Positions 37,980 through 52,100 of a stretch of 64,000 nucleotides of DNA are shown here, piece after piece; position 1 is the first letter of the stretch; each line of letters starts with the position of its first letter. The DNA comes from Mytilus californianus (taxonomy: Eukaryota). Both the position numbers and the translations under genes were made by a program. The DNA lies in NCBI RefSeq assembly GCF_021869535.1, contig NW_026262701.1, positions 69,936,001-70,000,000 of the forward strand. The letters run 5' to 3'. The notes under the pieces are model-generated. The model saw only the letters and a list, made by a program, of their open reading frames with translations, did no database searches and was not told the origin of the DNA.

Positions 37980-40900
37980 ATGGAGAGGACAGTCCAAGAA
38001 GAAAAAGAAAATCAGACAGTGGCTGGATTATGTGAAGCGATCCTTAGTGTTGCCGAATTTGAATTCACACTTGAACAGTGGGAAGTAGTCGAAGTAGACA
38101 TACGTGCAGCTGAGGATAGGGAAACCGCCTTGATAAAGGAATTAGGTATGTCCGTCAAATAATCCCCCCTCTTCCCTTTGTCCTAGCTTACACTTCTGAA
38201 TATAAAACAAATTCAAGATTGTCTCGTATGATCCCTTTGTACATTTATAGTCCACAACTAGTATTCCCATCAAATTAAAATGAATAAATGATAACCTTAT
38301 TTTTGGTAAAAGATATCGTTAATGATGCTATTGGTTATATAAGTAAGTGCTTTGAAGATAGTTTTGTATTTAGTGAAAATTGAGAAAAAATTATCAATGT
38401 GTATAAATGGGTCATTTCTCAGATAAAAAAAATCATTTTGATTCACTGTTTCTAAGCCTACATCTCTTCTATGTTATTGTTTGTTTCCTTTAAATCTTTG
38501 TATCTTTCAAATCAAATTTCATTATTGTTGTTTTCATTTCTTTTTCTGTTCTGCTCGGTGGATGAGTTATGCTCTTCATCACCTAATAAGTAATGTTACA
38601 TAGAGGCGTCGTGTATAGCAGGAACGAGACAGCAACCAAATGATATAAAACTTAAGACATATACATAGGTCAATAAACAGCTTTAATCAGAAGTCACACG
38701 TCCTTACAATATGTCAAGGTCAAAATCGCCTCGCGTCTTTACAAGTTGTAAATAAATTTACCAGATACTAATGTCTATTTCAGTTGTTAGGTTGTTGTCT
38801 CATTGCAATATACCTGATATCGGCTTAAACTACCAGCAACACCTCAATTCCTCAATGTTCAAGATCTTTAAGATATATACGTGTTTTTCCATTTAGACAA
38901 ATTAAAAGAGCAGGACACAACTAAAGAAGAAAATATAAAAGAAGAAGACAATGAGTTGACTTTCCAAGAAGACATTCAAAGTGTATCTGATGAATTGAAA
39001 GGCTTGGAGGAGGAAAAAGACGAAGCAGAACAACCGAAAGCGTCAATGAGAGTAGCAGGTAATAACGTTACTTCTTGAATTCCATCGCCACTTGTTTCTT
39101 TTACGAGTTTTAATTTTAACATCTTTTCTGTTTTTGTTTTATAGTTAAAATTATACTTTCTAAACAGTTATACCTAAATATTTCCTTGTTTTATGCTATT
39201 TACTCTGAACTGAACAGTAGCATATTGTCTGTACGTTCATTTAACAATAGCGAATATTATAAATTGTAAAGCAGATTTCGGTGTTGTAGTTGGAGATTAA
39301 GAGTTATCATCATCATTATTATTTGCTGGATCTGTATATCTTATGTTATCTCATCATTTTTTTTTTTGAATGATTACCGTCTCTTCGGAGACGGTCTTAT
39401 AAGTTGAACGATGGACAGTCTTCGGACTGAATGCTTTTTTACAACCTGATTGGAAGATATTACTGACTCTTTCATAGTAAAAGTCTGTTGATTGGTTGGG
39501 GCAATGTGAAACCTAGTAAATGTACTTTAATCCCGCAGAGTGTCGGGTTTGAACTCTTTATTTTAGTTATTAAAGTTGCATCGTGAGCAATCATGCATAT
39601 CGGTACACAGGAACATTATTCTATAAATAGCCGAAACTCGTCCAATTGCACATGTGATCAGTCCACATTTTATCCAGTCGCTCGTTGTTATGAACGTTCA
39701 GCAGAGTCATTAAAGTTGAAAACCTATTAAAACCTAGGGACACACCGCGCATGCTTTTTTTCCTCGGATATACATATTCGTTTGATATTAAGTAAGATAA
39801 TCCGACGGTAACAATTTAATTGAAAAACGGGTATAACCAAATCAATTAATTTCGATTAATATTGATCAATACGGGAATAATTTAGAGGAGTGTTTGCACT
39901 GGACTAGACAATGCCTAGCTATCTTACCGTGCCAAGATAGCAGAATGTGAAGAACACAAGACGAGGGGATAAAATAAGAAGAAAAAACGACTCTCAGACT
40001 ATAAAATTCGTAAGGGTTCCGCGGAACCCAGTGTCTCGCCTACTTTTGCTGTTAATCGCAGGCTCAACAAAAATGAGATGAGGAAAAAAATTAATAAAAA
40101 TATTCCCCTCGATACAATTTTTTTATTGTAAGAAGCTTCTGTCCAAGTTTGGTAAAAATCCAGGATAGTTTATGAATCTAATAAATGTTTTAAAAAATTT
40201 AACTGCAGACTGTATCTAATGTTAACTGGAAGAAAAACTAAGTCCATTTATAAGTAAAATATGGATAAACAAGTACAAAATTTTAATAAAAATTTCCTTC
40301 TAGATACTAGCTTTTGATCATAAACAAACTTCTGTCCATGTTTGGTACAAATCCAGGATAGTTTAAGAAAGTTATTAAAATTTTAAAAACTTTAACCACA
40401 GAGTGAATGTAATGTTCCCTGGCAGAAAAAAAAAACTTAGTCCATTTATAAGTAAAATACGGAAAAACAGGGATTTTTTTTTTAATTTACTTCTGGATAC
40501 TATCTTATGATCATAAACAAGCTTCTGTCCAAGTTTGGTAGAAATCCAGGATAGTTTGAGAAAGTTATTAAAATTTTAAAAACTTTAACCGCAGAGTGAA
40601 TGTAATGTTTCCTGGCAGAAAAACTAAGTCCATTTATAAGTAAAATACGGAAAAACAGGAATATGTTTTTACAAAATTTACTGCTGGATACTATCTTATG
40701 ATCATAAACAAGCTTCTGTCCAAGTTTGGTAGAATTCCAGGATAGTTTGAGAAAGTTATTAAAATTTTAAAAACTTTAACCACAGAGTGAATGTAATATT
40801 TCCTGGCAGAAAAACTAAGTCCATTTATAAGTAAAATACGGAAAAACAGGAATTTGATTTTTACAAAATTTACTTCTGGATACTATCTTATTATCATAAA

Positions 40901-43900
40901 CAAGATTCTGTCCAAGTTTGGTAGAAATCCAGGATAGTTTAAGAAAGTTATTAAAATTTCAAAAACTTTAACCACAGAGTGAATATTTGTAGACGCCGCC
41001 GCCGACGACGACGACGACGACGACGCCGACGCCGACGCCGACGGAATGTAGGATCGCTATGTCTCGCTTTTTCGACAAAAGTCGAAGGCTCGACAAAAAG
41101 CAATTATTTCATATTTGCCTTATTTTTCTCTCAATATCAAGTCCATCATGCGACAAAGTGAAACAGAACGAATTTGTTGAACGCTTCAAAAATTACGTTG
41201 GAATGAATACCTGAAAAGGCATCAAAAACAGATTTTGATGAAATTTTCCAAACGAAATTTAGGCTTGAATGGTATAAAGCATTGTATTCGACAAACTAAC
41301 TATTTTTTTCAGATATTTGATTTACTATAACATATATAATAAGCATTATGTTGCAAGATCTTTTTGTCGACGTGTGTGCTAGCGCTGTTTCTGGTTCTGA
41401 AAACGAATGGAATTCGCGGCCTGCTTTCTTTGTGTTTGCTGGGAAATTGAAATTAATGCTAAATGTGTCGTCAAAGAATGATATCTAATCTATTAATTGA
41501 TTTTAAAATGTTTCATTTTTATAACAGCCATCAATCAAAATTTGAATTTTAAGCTCGATATACTAGTAATATTTTGGCCTTGTCCAAATTACTCCTTTCA
41601 CTATAGCGTTAAAACGTTGATGAATTGATTTATCGAGACTATCGTGACCAGGGACCGGTACATTAACTTTATTTGGTCAATGCATAAGCTAAGTTTTTCT
41701 AGATCTCAACGCTTCTCGTTTTGAATGACAAAAAGCGGATAGAATATTGTTCAATATAAGTTTTAAGGATCATTTTGAAAAGATGTGAAAAATCTTTTGA
41801 AAAATCTTTGTGTGTTCTTTTGAGTTTAAATTTTACTACGTTTCAAACTCTTACACACTTTTCGAGACCTACTATAAATGCAACAGATACAGGCGGGAGT
41901 GGCCATACTTTTCTGACACAAAGAAATAAACAACTGATGTAGGAAGAAGTAAATGAATAACATATCTTTTTGAAAAAAAAAAAAAAATCGATAAACAGAT
42001 ACAAACGCAGATGATTTAGTAAATATCCCCCCTTTTTATCCCATCGAACTAGAGATAAAGGATACTACAGAAACAGTTAAGTCTGCCTCATATCTTGACC
42101 TGCATCTAGAAATTGATAATGAGGGTCAGTTGAAAACAAAACTTGAGACGGCTATTACTTGTAAAGACAATTCTGATCACAATATATAGTAATTGTTTGT
42201 AAGACCGATGTTATACTAATCAAGGTATTTTTATTTATTTTTTTTCATTTTCTAGGACAAACAGAAAAAATGGTGAAGAATGCAGGATATGTTTTTAAGG
42301 TACAATATAATATTGGTAAATTAGAACGGGGGGGGGGATGTTGATGACAGTTACAATCACATGATATACTGAGCTGAAATAATAATAGTTCAGTAGACAA
42401 AATTGCTTGTTTTGCTTTTCTTCATATGCATAGAACCGTCTCGGTGGTCTCGTGGTAGCGTGTTCGCCTCGAGATCGTGGGTTCGAACCCCAGCCGGGTC
42501 AAACAACAAACTTTAAAATTTGTATTTGCTGCTTATCCGCTAAACACGCGGCATTAAGGACTGAGAGCAAAGACTGGTCGGCTCGGAGTGAGAATAATGT
42601 GTCCGGGTAAGGTGACATGTCTTCCTGCGGACTGTTAACCTTGTGAACTAGCACGTCAAAAATCCAACTCAGTGTGTCGGTCTGGTACAAAGCAGGGTTA
42701 ATATTCACATACTATTAACATGTTCTCGTCCTAAATATGCATATTTATTAGTCGGGTTGTTGTCTCTTTGATACGTTCTCCATTTCCATTCTCAATTCTA
42801 TATATTATTTGCCGCTGGACGTGAATCAGCCATCCATCATCATCATTGTCATCATCATCATCATCATCATCATATGAACAGCAAATTGAAGGCTCCAAGC
42901 AACGAGCGAAAGAACATGCCCCTTACAACAAGCCAAAGGCTTTTCGATCTATCAAGTTTTGTCTGTCCTTAATATGCATAAATTATGTGCCACTGAACGT
43001 TAAGGAAACAACAATCAATCAATCAGTCATTCCAAGTTTTCGTTTGATTAAGGATGGTTTTCCCCTATTTGATCCGCAAGTTTTCTTTAGGAAAAAGTGA
43101 GTGTGGTCCTTGCTTCACAGAATTTATTCGTTAGCCGTTAATTGCACATTATTAAGATACCAAGCGTTTAGACAATTAAATGCTACTACATGTATTTGAT
43201 GAAAGATATTACAATGGTTGAATGATTGCTAGTTTTATTTGATAATGTCCAGCAGGAAATATTTCATAACTTGAGTGAAAAGCATTGGACAAAGCAGCAA
43301 CACGCCAATAAAAAGAAAAATACTACAACTTGAAAAATGTGTTGCCCAAGTTAGGGTAGATGGTATTTGTTTTCCCTAAACCAAAAAATATAGACTTCTA
43401 TTATAAAGTGCTAAAGAAACATGCCTCTAACAAATACAACCAATGGAACCTGTTATAGCTAGCGTCCTGAAGTAGCACATTTTTATCATGCTTTCCAAAT
43501 TATGTGCCGTCTTTTTGTTGTTCGTTCTTCTTTGTCTATGTTTGCAAGTTTATTGGTTTGGAGAAGGGAAGCGATGATAGTTGGTATTGTCTGTTGTTCT
43601 GTCTAATAAATTCGGTAATTCCTGTTTTATTTTTTCTTAATGTTTTATGAGATCTGTTTAAGAGATATTTTTCCCAAACAACAGTATATGTGAAAGAATA
43701 ACATGTTGTACTAAATATACGCGATGTGTCTTTTATAGGATACAATCCAGAACTCTGAACCCAATGGAATTATTAGCAAACAAACGAAAAGGGACTTAAA
43801 GAGGGAAAAAAGAAAAATGAAGAAAGAAGAGAAAATACGACAGAAAATAGATAAACAAGAGGAAAAGGTTGTTAAGTTGTACTTTAAGATGGTAGATAAG

Positions 43901-45340
43901 CTTATGATAAGGTACACAAAGGATGTCAAATTACAACGGAAGAAAGAAGATAAGAGGAGAAAGCAGATGGAAAAGATAGAGAGACAAGCTCAAAAGATGT
44001 TGGAGAAAGGTATTCATTTTAAATGACACTTTCGGGATTATTCGCATTAAACGATTACAAATGGACGCCTTTGACAGGACGAGCAATATTTTCTAATAAA
44101 TTTCAACCAAAACATACCAATGATGTATAAAACATCGTTAAAAACTCGAAATTTATATTTTTTTAATTAAACCAACATGTTTTAAATGTTAAAATGCGAA
44201 ATTTAATCATATATAACCTCATTATCGCAAGTTTCTAAAGCGTTGATTAAATTTACAACTGGTATGCTGAACATCCGGGCTTCTTATGGAAATATTTGAT
44301 ATATTGTATTTTTTCTACTACGCACTAATAAAACTTTAAAAAAACGAACAACCAAAGGACATTCAATTGTTAAAAGTCCGGATGCTTGTCCAGTTGCTCC
44401 TGACTGACGCTTTTCGTGCAATATATTTTTTAAAAACATTCTTTAAATTACAACTAATTTAAGTTTATCAAACATAGAAAGTAAAACGGGATTAAAAAAC
44501 TGATACCAAGTTAATAAGCAACACGACAGGTGCCACATGTGGAGTAGGATCTGCTTACCCTTCCGGAGCACCTGAGATCACCCCCAGCTTTTGGTGGCGT
44601 TCGTGTTGCTTAGTCTTTAGTTTTCTATGTTGTGTCATCTGTACTATTATTTGTCTGTTTGTCTTTTTATTTTTGGCCATGGCGTTGTCAGTTTGTTTTC
44701 GATCTATGAGTTTGACTGTCCCTCTGGTATCTTTCGTCCCTCTTTTTTAATACTGAAATATATGTTGAATGCAATAAAAACATTTTCGACCTTTGGTCTT
44801 TAATCAATGAAAAGTTAAATCGAAAAAATACTGAACTCCGAGGAAAATTTAAAACGGAAAGTCCCTAATCAAATGGCAATATCAAAAGCACAAACACATC
44901 AAACGAATGGACAATAAGTGTCTCGTTGAACATAAAAACACTTCTCCTTATTTTTATGTTATGATTTTAAAACTTCATGAACGTATTTGATTTTAACACT
45001 TGCGTTTACAGAAATGAAGAGGATGGAGAAAGAAGGTGTAAAAAATGAAAAGAAGAAAAAGTCCCTAACTACGGTTGTAAAGGAAAAACACATTGATTTA
45101 AAGAAAAGCAAAACAAAGAGAGAGACAGAGAATAATAAGGGTCATGAGAAGAAAGAGGCAGAGAAAAACGTAGATGGAAAGAAAAAAGAGTGCCAAACTA
45201 TGGATATTAAGCCGGAAAACATTGATAAAATGGGTACCACCAATGACGGAAAGAAAAACACAATAACAGCAAGCATTCGCTCATTTTTTCGAATCTTTTC
45301 TTGTAACAGACGACAGAAAAAGAATAAAGCTGTAGTTTGA
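37980..45340 (+). CDS. Uncharacterised acidic/basic coiled-coil-like protein, copy 1 (323 aa); exons 37980-38145, 38897-39058, 42256-42299, 43739-44009, 45012-45340
   Basis: Five exons with canonical AG/GT sites join in frame (phases 1,1,0,1) into a 972-nt ORF with no internal stop. The same structure is retained in copy 2. No family recognised. Confidence 0.8.
40011..41101 (+). mobile_element. Helentron-associated/pearl-like element with about 4.5 tandem units of about 192 bp, a (GCC/GAC)n tract and a terminal hairpin; present in copy 1 only
   Basis: Repeat phase marker (g/a)gatac at about 40306, 40500, 40691 and 40883. Microsatellite at about 40993-41042. gtgtctcgcc near the 5' end and tgtctcgc-ttttcgac-aaaa-gtcgaa near the 3' end. 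Confidence 0.8.
42037..42144 (+). mobile_element. Short Penelope-like RT fragment
   Basis: Encodes YPIELEIKDTTETVKSASYLDLHLEIDNEGQLKTKL, almost identical to the 23230-23664 ORF. Absent from duplication copy 2. Confidence 0.85.
42435..42745 (+). mobile_element. tRNA-derived SINE (Meta/MESC-like central domain, tentative)
   Basis: A-box-like ggtggtctcgtggtag and B-box gggttcgaacccc with shortened spacing, followed by gctgcttatccgctaaacacgcggcattaagg. Confidence 0.75.
44517..44746 (+). mobile_element. 230-bp 3'-end copy of the Penelope-like element with TTAATA target-site duplication; copy 1 only
   Basis: Reverse complement of about 22936-23150. TTAATA occurs at 44511-44516 and 44747-44752. 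The empty site in copy 2 is at about 53235-53245. Confidence 0.9.
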
Positions 45341-48300
45341 TAAATCTTTTTTTGTATTATATTAAATTTTCTATATTTTTTATCACTGTGTTTATATTCT
45401 ATTTTCTGATGGAAAAGTCAAAATTGAATTTGGTATAAGAGACGACACGAATGGACCTGCCTCACGTAAAATGAGAGTCGTCCGGAATGAAATTCAACTT
45501 CGATCTCTTAGTCTCAATTAAATACAAATAGATAAGAAAAAAGTCATCAGCTACAGACAAAACGAAAAGAGAGGCCTAAGAAGTACTTTTTTCAAATAAT
45601 TTTTATAAATCCAAGAACTTTAATTTTGTGACAAAGTAGGTCATCCGAAACACGAACTCGACGTGTACCTCACCATCATACACGTACCAAACAAAATATA
45701 GCAATAAGATGTGGTATGGTTGCTACCAAAACAACTAGTCACAGAGACCAAAAGACATGGCTGTATACCATTTAAGGGCTCTGTACGGCTTCAACAATGA
45801 TCAAAACCCATACCGTATAGTAAGCTCTAGAGGTTCCGACATGATATTCAATCGCGAAAACTATAGACCTGATGTATGCTAAAGTAACAGACAGAATTAT
45901 TTTTTGTCATTAATCAATACACTGTATCCTTCTTCTCTATTATGGTTAAATGTCCGATTAAACTCTCCTGCCTGAGGTAATACGAACCCTGTCAGACAGA
46001 CATATACACCTTTAAATCATCCCATACACCAAATATAGTTGACATATTGCTTATGGTAACTGATAAACTAACATAACCACACAAACCTATCATTGGCCAA
46101 TGAACCATGAAAATGAGGTCAAGGTCAAATGAAACCTGCCAGACAGACATGTTAACCTTAGAATTATTCCACACACAAAATATACTGGAACTATTAAATT
46201 GATTATAGTATCCGAGAAATAGACCGAAACATGAAAACTAAACATTGTCCAATGAACCATGAAAATGAGGTCAAGGTCAGATGAAACCTGCGAGTACACC
46301 TTACAATCATTCCATACACCAAATATAGTTGACTTACTGCTTATAGTATCTGAGATACGGACTTGACCACGTAACTGTAACCTTGATCACTGGTCCATAA
46401 AATGAGGTCAAGGTTTTGTGAACGTTACCTGACGGACATATAAACCTTACAAGGAACCCATACACCAAATATCATTATCCTATTACTCATAATAAGAGAG
46501 TATTCCACTTTTAAAATAGCAGTATTTGTTTTCAAGCATGAAAAAATAAGGTAAAGGACAATGGACATATGACAGACGGAAACTTCGTATACAAGGTATG
46601 AAGCATCCAGGTCTTCAAGCTCCTGAAATATACAATTAGTTTACGCCGTCGTCGCCGCTACCGGATTGTAATACCTATGTCTCGCATACTCCGACTTTCG
46701 GCGCCGGCGAGACAAAAACCGGGGATGAACTCAGGAAAAGACTAACAATAGGCCTCGGGACAATTTTTATAAAAAACTAGAAGTACTGCGAGCAGAGCTA
46801 ACAAAATAATACCCCCACCCCGGAAACCCCAAATTGATTCTGATGAAACAAGAAAATAAGAGGTAACATTTATATGATAAAGATTGCGAGAAATTCAAAT
46901 AAATTGTAATAAGGGTTTGAGAGGAGTTACGAATAAAAAAAATTGGTAACCCTAAAATAAACAATGGTAAGATCCATGCTTTACTGAGGGAAACCCCAAG
47001 AATAATTCGGACCCAATGCCCCCCTCCCCCCTAAATCAACCCCCCCCCCAAAAAAAAAACATTAAGAGAATGTGCATGGCATTATATGGTTGAGTTTCTG
47101 CGAAAGTTTCATTTAATTTAGATTAGGGGTTTAGGAGGAGAAGCGGATACAAATGTTTACCATAGTATGCAGATATGATGTTAACTATAAGAAAAACACA
47201 AAATTTATTCAGATGATAAAATTAGATAATAGGTACAGAAGTAAATAATGTCAGTAATATTTAGTCAAAGTTTCACAAAACTGAAAAAGAGCAGATGCGG
47301 ATACAAAACCGGGACAGAATGACGAACGGACAAACAAACATACGGACGGACTCCTCAATCACTATAAAAGGCGGGTTATGATTAATGTACCATATACGAA
47401 AATGATGACACGTTGAAAATTGATCGTCACTACACCACAAAATAGAAATCCTAGAAAAATGTTGCGCTTGCGCTAATACCATTAATCAACGTCATAAACG
47501 TCTCTGCTGACAACGTTATCGTCGAAGTTTCGCCGATACATTGCACAAGGATATTTTTTGGAAGTCTAAAGAATTGATCCCGTGCAGCTTTTCTGAGGAA
47601 AGTAGAAATTGAAAGAGGAGTGTGGTGAGTTATTTTATTGCACTTTCTTCAAGTACTATGCCTTTTATTCTGTTTTCCATTTTAAAACCTACTAAGACAA
47701 AAAAAGAATACCACATTTAATGCAAATTTGATTTTGAGGCCTTCAGCATCTGCAAGTAAATGTAAGTCTTCTGTTTCATGGTCTTGAGCTGAGTTCGTTG
47801 TGTTAATGAGAAGTCGTTGTACGATTTCCTATCAAGACAATTGAATGTATCTTAAATTTGCTGATAATCCTCTAGACTTCCATAGATTTTGTGATAAACA
47901 GCTAATATTAATATTTGTATTTTTGCCGAAGTACTTTTGACCTTAAAATTTGAGTTTCTATAACGCAGTAGTCTCAGATAAAGTGCATGTAGGTCAAATT
48001 CAAACTTCTCTTATTCTGGTCGTTCTGGCTCTTTAAAGATTAGAAATCAGAAAAATAGATCTTAAGTTTCGATTACTCTTCAGAGTCAAGATTAAGTGTT
48101 TTTGAAAATAATGGCAAATTAATATTAGATATGTTTCAGTTTTGGATTCTGACTACAACTCCCGTAGTTCCGGCGTGTGTATGTCCTTTGAAAAGTTGGA
48201 AATTAGAAAACTTCGATTTTGGATGGATACTTTTGATTACTTTGGATAGATAGTAATCTTCGGTGATCTCCCAGAAAATCAAAGTAATCTTCAAAATCCA

Positions 48301-49148
48301 AGTCTTCTTTAAAAATCCTGTAGTTTAGACATTTCGGGGAGTTCTGAATTTCTGAGTACCATACTTGTTTATACTGATCAGTGAGTGTTTGTTTTATGCT
48401 TAATGTAAGCCACTTATGTTCATTCTGAAGGTCGGAAGTATAAGTAAGTCCGCATTTGCTGAGAATTGAATGAACATGTGTTATCCAAGGCAGATTTTAA
48501 CCGTTTGTTGTATAATGTAAAAATATGCCAGGTTATATATACTGGATGACAACGTCTCACCTCCATTTACAAATTTACACCAGTATGAACTAAGCCTTGT
48601 TTAAATAGATATACTTAATAGGCATCGCCCAGTTTCTCCATATACAATTGTTGATTGAATTCTCCTGTGCATATTTAAAAGGTGTTTTAAAAATTTTGTA
48701 CTTGTTCTATCACATCATACTTTCCGAATCCCCATACTTCACATCCATATATTTATACAGGTCTTTTTCAAACGTGATTGGAATGCTATCGAGACCTTTA
48801 ATACGTTTACAGGAGAAGAAGTCTATCATATCGTTGATATATACTAGTAAAGAAAATAACAAGGGAGATAGATTTTCCCCTTGTCTAACTCCAGTTGTAC
48901 ATGGAAATTTTTTTAATAAATGTATTGGTAAATGAATGTTTTAATATTAACTTAAAGATGACAGCAATGCGTGTAAATTTTTTGTTCTGTCCATTTATAC
49001 TATACAATAACAGTCCTAAAAATACAAGTATAATATAAAGTTGCTCATGTAGATTCAATTTTTTAAAGCGGCATATAGGGAAGGGGTTACAACGGATTTC
49101 ATAATGCATTTTTCGTTTTCATTTAACCCAACAATCAACAGGATAAGT

Positions 49149-52100
49149 ATGGAGAGGACAGTCCAAGAAGAAAAAGAAAATCAGACAGTGGCTGGATTAT
49201 GTGAAGCGATCCTTAGTGTTGCCGAGTTTGAATTCACACTTGAACAGTGGGAAGTAGTCGAAGTAGACATACGTGCAGCTGAGGATAGGGAAACCGACTT
49301 GATAAAGGAATTAGGTATGTCCGTCAAATAATCCCCCATCCCCCGTTGTCCTAGCTTACACTTCTGAATATAAAACAAATTCAAGATTGTCTCTTATGAT
49401 CATTTTGTACATTTATAGTCCACTTCTACCCTTAAACTATATGAATAAATGATAACCTTATTTTTGGTAAAAGATATCGTTAATGATGCTATTGGTTATA
49501 TAACTAAGTGCTTTGTAGATAGTTTTGTATTTTAAATTAGTCAAAATTGAGAAAAAAATATCAATGTGTATAAATGGGTCATTTCTCAGATAAAAAAAAA
49601 TCATTTTGATTCACTGTTTCTAAGCCTACATCTTTTCTATGTTATTGTTTGCTTCCTTTAAATCTTTGCATCTTTCAAATCAAATTTCATTATTGTTGTT
49701 TTCATTTCTTTTCCTGTTCTGCTCGGTGGATGAGTTATGCTCTTCATCACCTAATAAGTAATGTTACATACAGGCTTCGTGTATAGCAGGAACGAGACAG
49801 CAACCAAATGATATAAAACCTAAGACATATACATAGGTCAATAAACAGCCTTAATCGGTAGACACATGTCCTTACAATATGTCAAGGTCAAAATCGCCTC
49901 GCGTCTATACAAGTTGTAAATAAATTTACCACATACTTTTTGTTTATTTCAATTGTTAGGTTGTTGTCTCATTGCCATATACCTGATATCGACTGAAACT
50001 ACCAGCAAAAATTAATTCCTCAATGTTCAATGTCTTTTAAGATATATACGTGTTTCTCCATTTAGACAAATTAAAAGAACAGGGCACAACCGAAGAAAAA
50101 AATATAAAAGGAGAAGACAATGATTTGACACTCCAAGAAGACATTCAAAGTGTATCTGATGAATCGAAAGACTTGGAGGAGAAAATAGACGCAGCAGAAC
50201 AACCGGAAGCATCAATGAGAGCAGCAGGTAATAACGTTACTTCTTGAAATCCATTGCCGCTTGTTTCTTTTACGAGTTTTAATTCTGGACTACTTGTCTG
50301 TTTTTGTTTTATAGTTAAAATTATACTTTCTAAACAGTTATACCTAAATATTTCCTTGTTTTATGCTATTTACTCTGAACTGAACAGTAGCATATTGTCT
50401 GTTCGTTCATTTAACAATAGCGAATATTATAAATTGTAAAGCAGATTTCGGTGTTGTAGTTGGAGATTAAGAGTTATCATCATCATTATTATTTGGTGGA
50501 TCTGTATATCTTGTGTTATCTCATCATTTTTTTGAATGATTACCGTATCCCTGGAGAGGGTCTTATAAGTTGAACGATGGACAGTCTTCAGACTGAATGC
50601 CTTTTTACTACCTGATTGGAAGATATTACTGACTCTTTCATAATTAAAGTCTGTTGATTGGTTGGGGCAATTTGAAACCTAGTAAATGTACTTTAATCCC
50701 ACAGAGTGTCGGTACACAGGAACATTATTCTATAAATAGCCGAAACTCCTGCAATTGCACATGTGATCATTCCATATTTTATCCAGTCGGCCATACTTTT
50801 CTGACACAAAGAAATAAACAACTGATGTAGGAAGAAGTAAATGAATAACATATCTTCTTGAAAAAAAACTAATCGATAAACAGATACAAACGCAGATGAT
50901 TAAGTAAATATATCCCCCCTTTTTTCGGTGTTTATACATAATGTATGTATAAACACTGAAAAAAGGGGGGATATTTTACTAAATCATCTGCGTACGATTA
51001 GTTTTTTCATTCTCCCACAGGCATTTGTCTTTGAAAAAATATCATATATGTTATATTAAGGTATATATGGAAAAAATCAGAGACAAGTGCCTGTTATTCC
51101 CCACCAAAAAAAAAGGAAAATCTCAAAATTAGTATTTGCCGTTTATTTTTTGTAATTATTCACTTTACAATGCTGTTCTGCACGGAAAACATTTTTTAGA
51201 AAAGCTATTACTTGTAAAGACAAATCCGATCACAATATATAGTGATTGATTGTAAGATAGATGTTATACTAATCCAGGTATTTTATTTATTTTTTTCATT
51301 TTCTAGGACAAACAGAAAAAACGCTGAAGAATGCCGGATATGTTTTTAAGGTACAATATAATATTGGTAAATTAGAACGGGGGGAAATGTTTATGACAGT
51401 CACAACCACTTGATATACTGAGAATTAATAATAGTTCAGTAGACACAATTGCTTGTTTTGTTTTTCTTCATATGCACAGAACCGTCTCGGTGATCTCGTG
51501 GTAGCGTGTTGGCCTCGAGATCGTGGGTTCGAACCCCGGCCGGGTCAAACAATTAAAATTTGTATTTACTGCTTATCCGCTAAACACGCGGCATTACGGA
51601 CAGAGAGCAAAGACTGGTCGGCTCGGAGTGAGAATAATGTGTCCGCGTAAGGTGACATGTCTTCCTGCGGACTGTTAACCTTGTGAACTAGCACGTCAAA
51701 ATACCGACTCAGTCTGTCGGTCTAGTACAAAGCAGGGTTAATATTCACATACTATTAACATGTTCTCGTCCTAAATATGCATATTTATTGGTCGGGTTGT
51801 TGTCTCTTTGACACATTCCCCATTTCCATTCTCAATTTTATATATTATTTGCCGCTGGACGTTAATCAGCCATCCATCATCATTATCGTCATCATCATCA
51901 TCATATGAACAGCAAATTGAAGGCTCCAAGCAACGAGCGAAAGAACATGCCCCTTACAACAAGCCAAAGGCTTTTCGATCTATCAAGTTTTGTCTGTCCT
52001 TAATATGCATAAATTATGTGCCACTGAACGTTAAGAAAACAACAATCAATCAATCAGTCATTCCAAGTTTTCGTTTGATTGTGGATGGTTTTCCCCTATT

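Noticed and set aside
40130-40985. Regular repeats as a possible CRISPR array
   Set aside because: These are contiguous units of about 192 bp with no unique spacers, in a eukaryotic context with no cas genes.
40979-41161. Poly-Arg ORF (protamine-like appearance)
   Set aside because: It is the translation of a GCC/GAC microsatellite at a mobile-element end.
42435-42500. tRNA gene
   Set aside because: A and B boxes are present, but the spacing is too short for a cloverleaf and the sequence continues into a SINE body.
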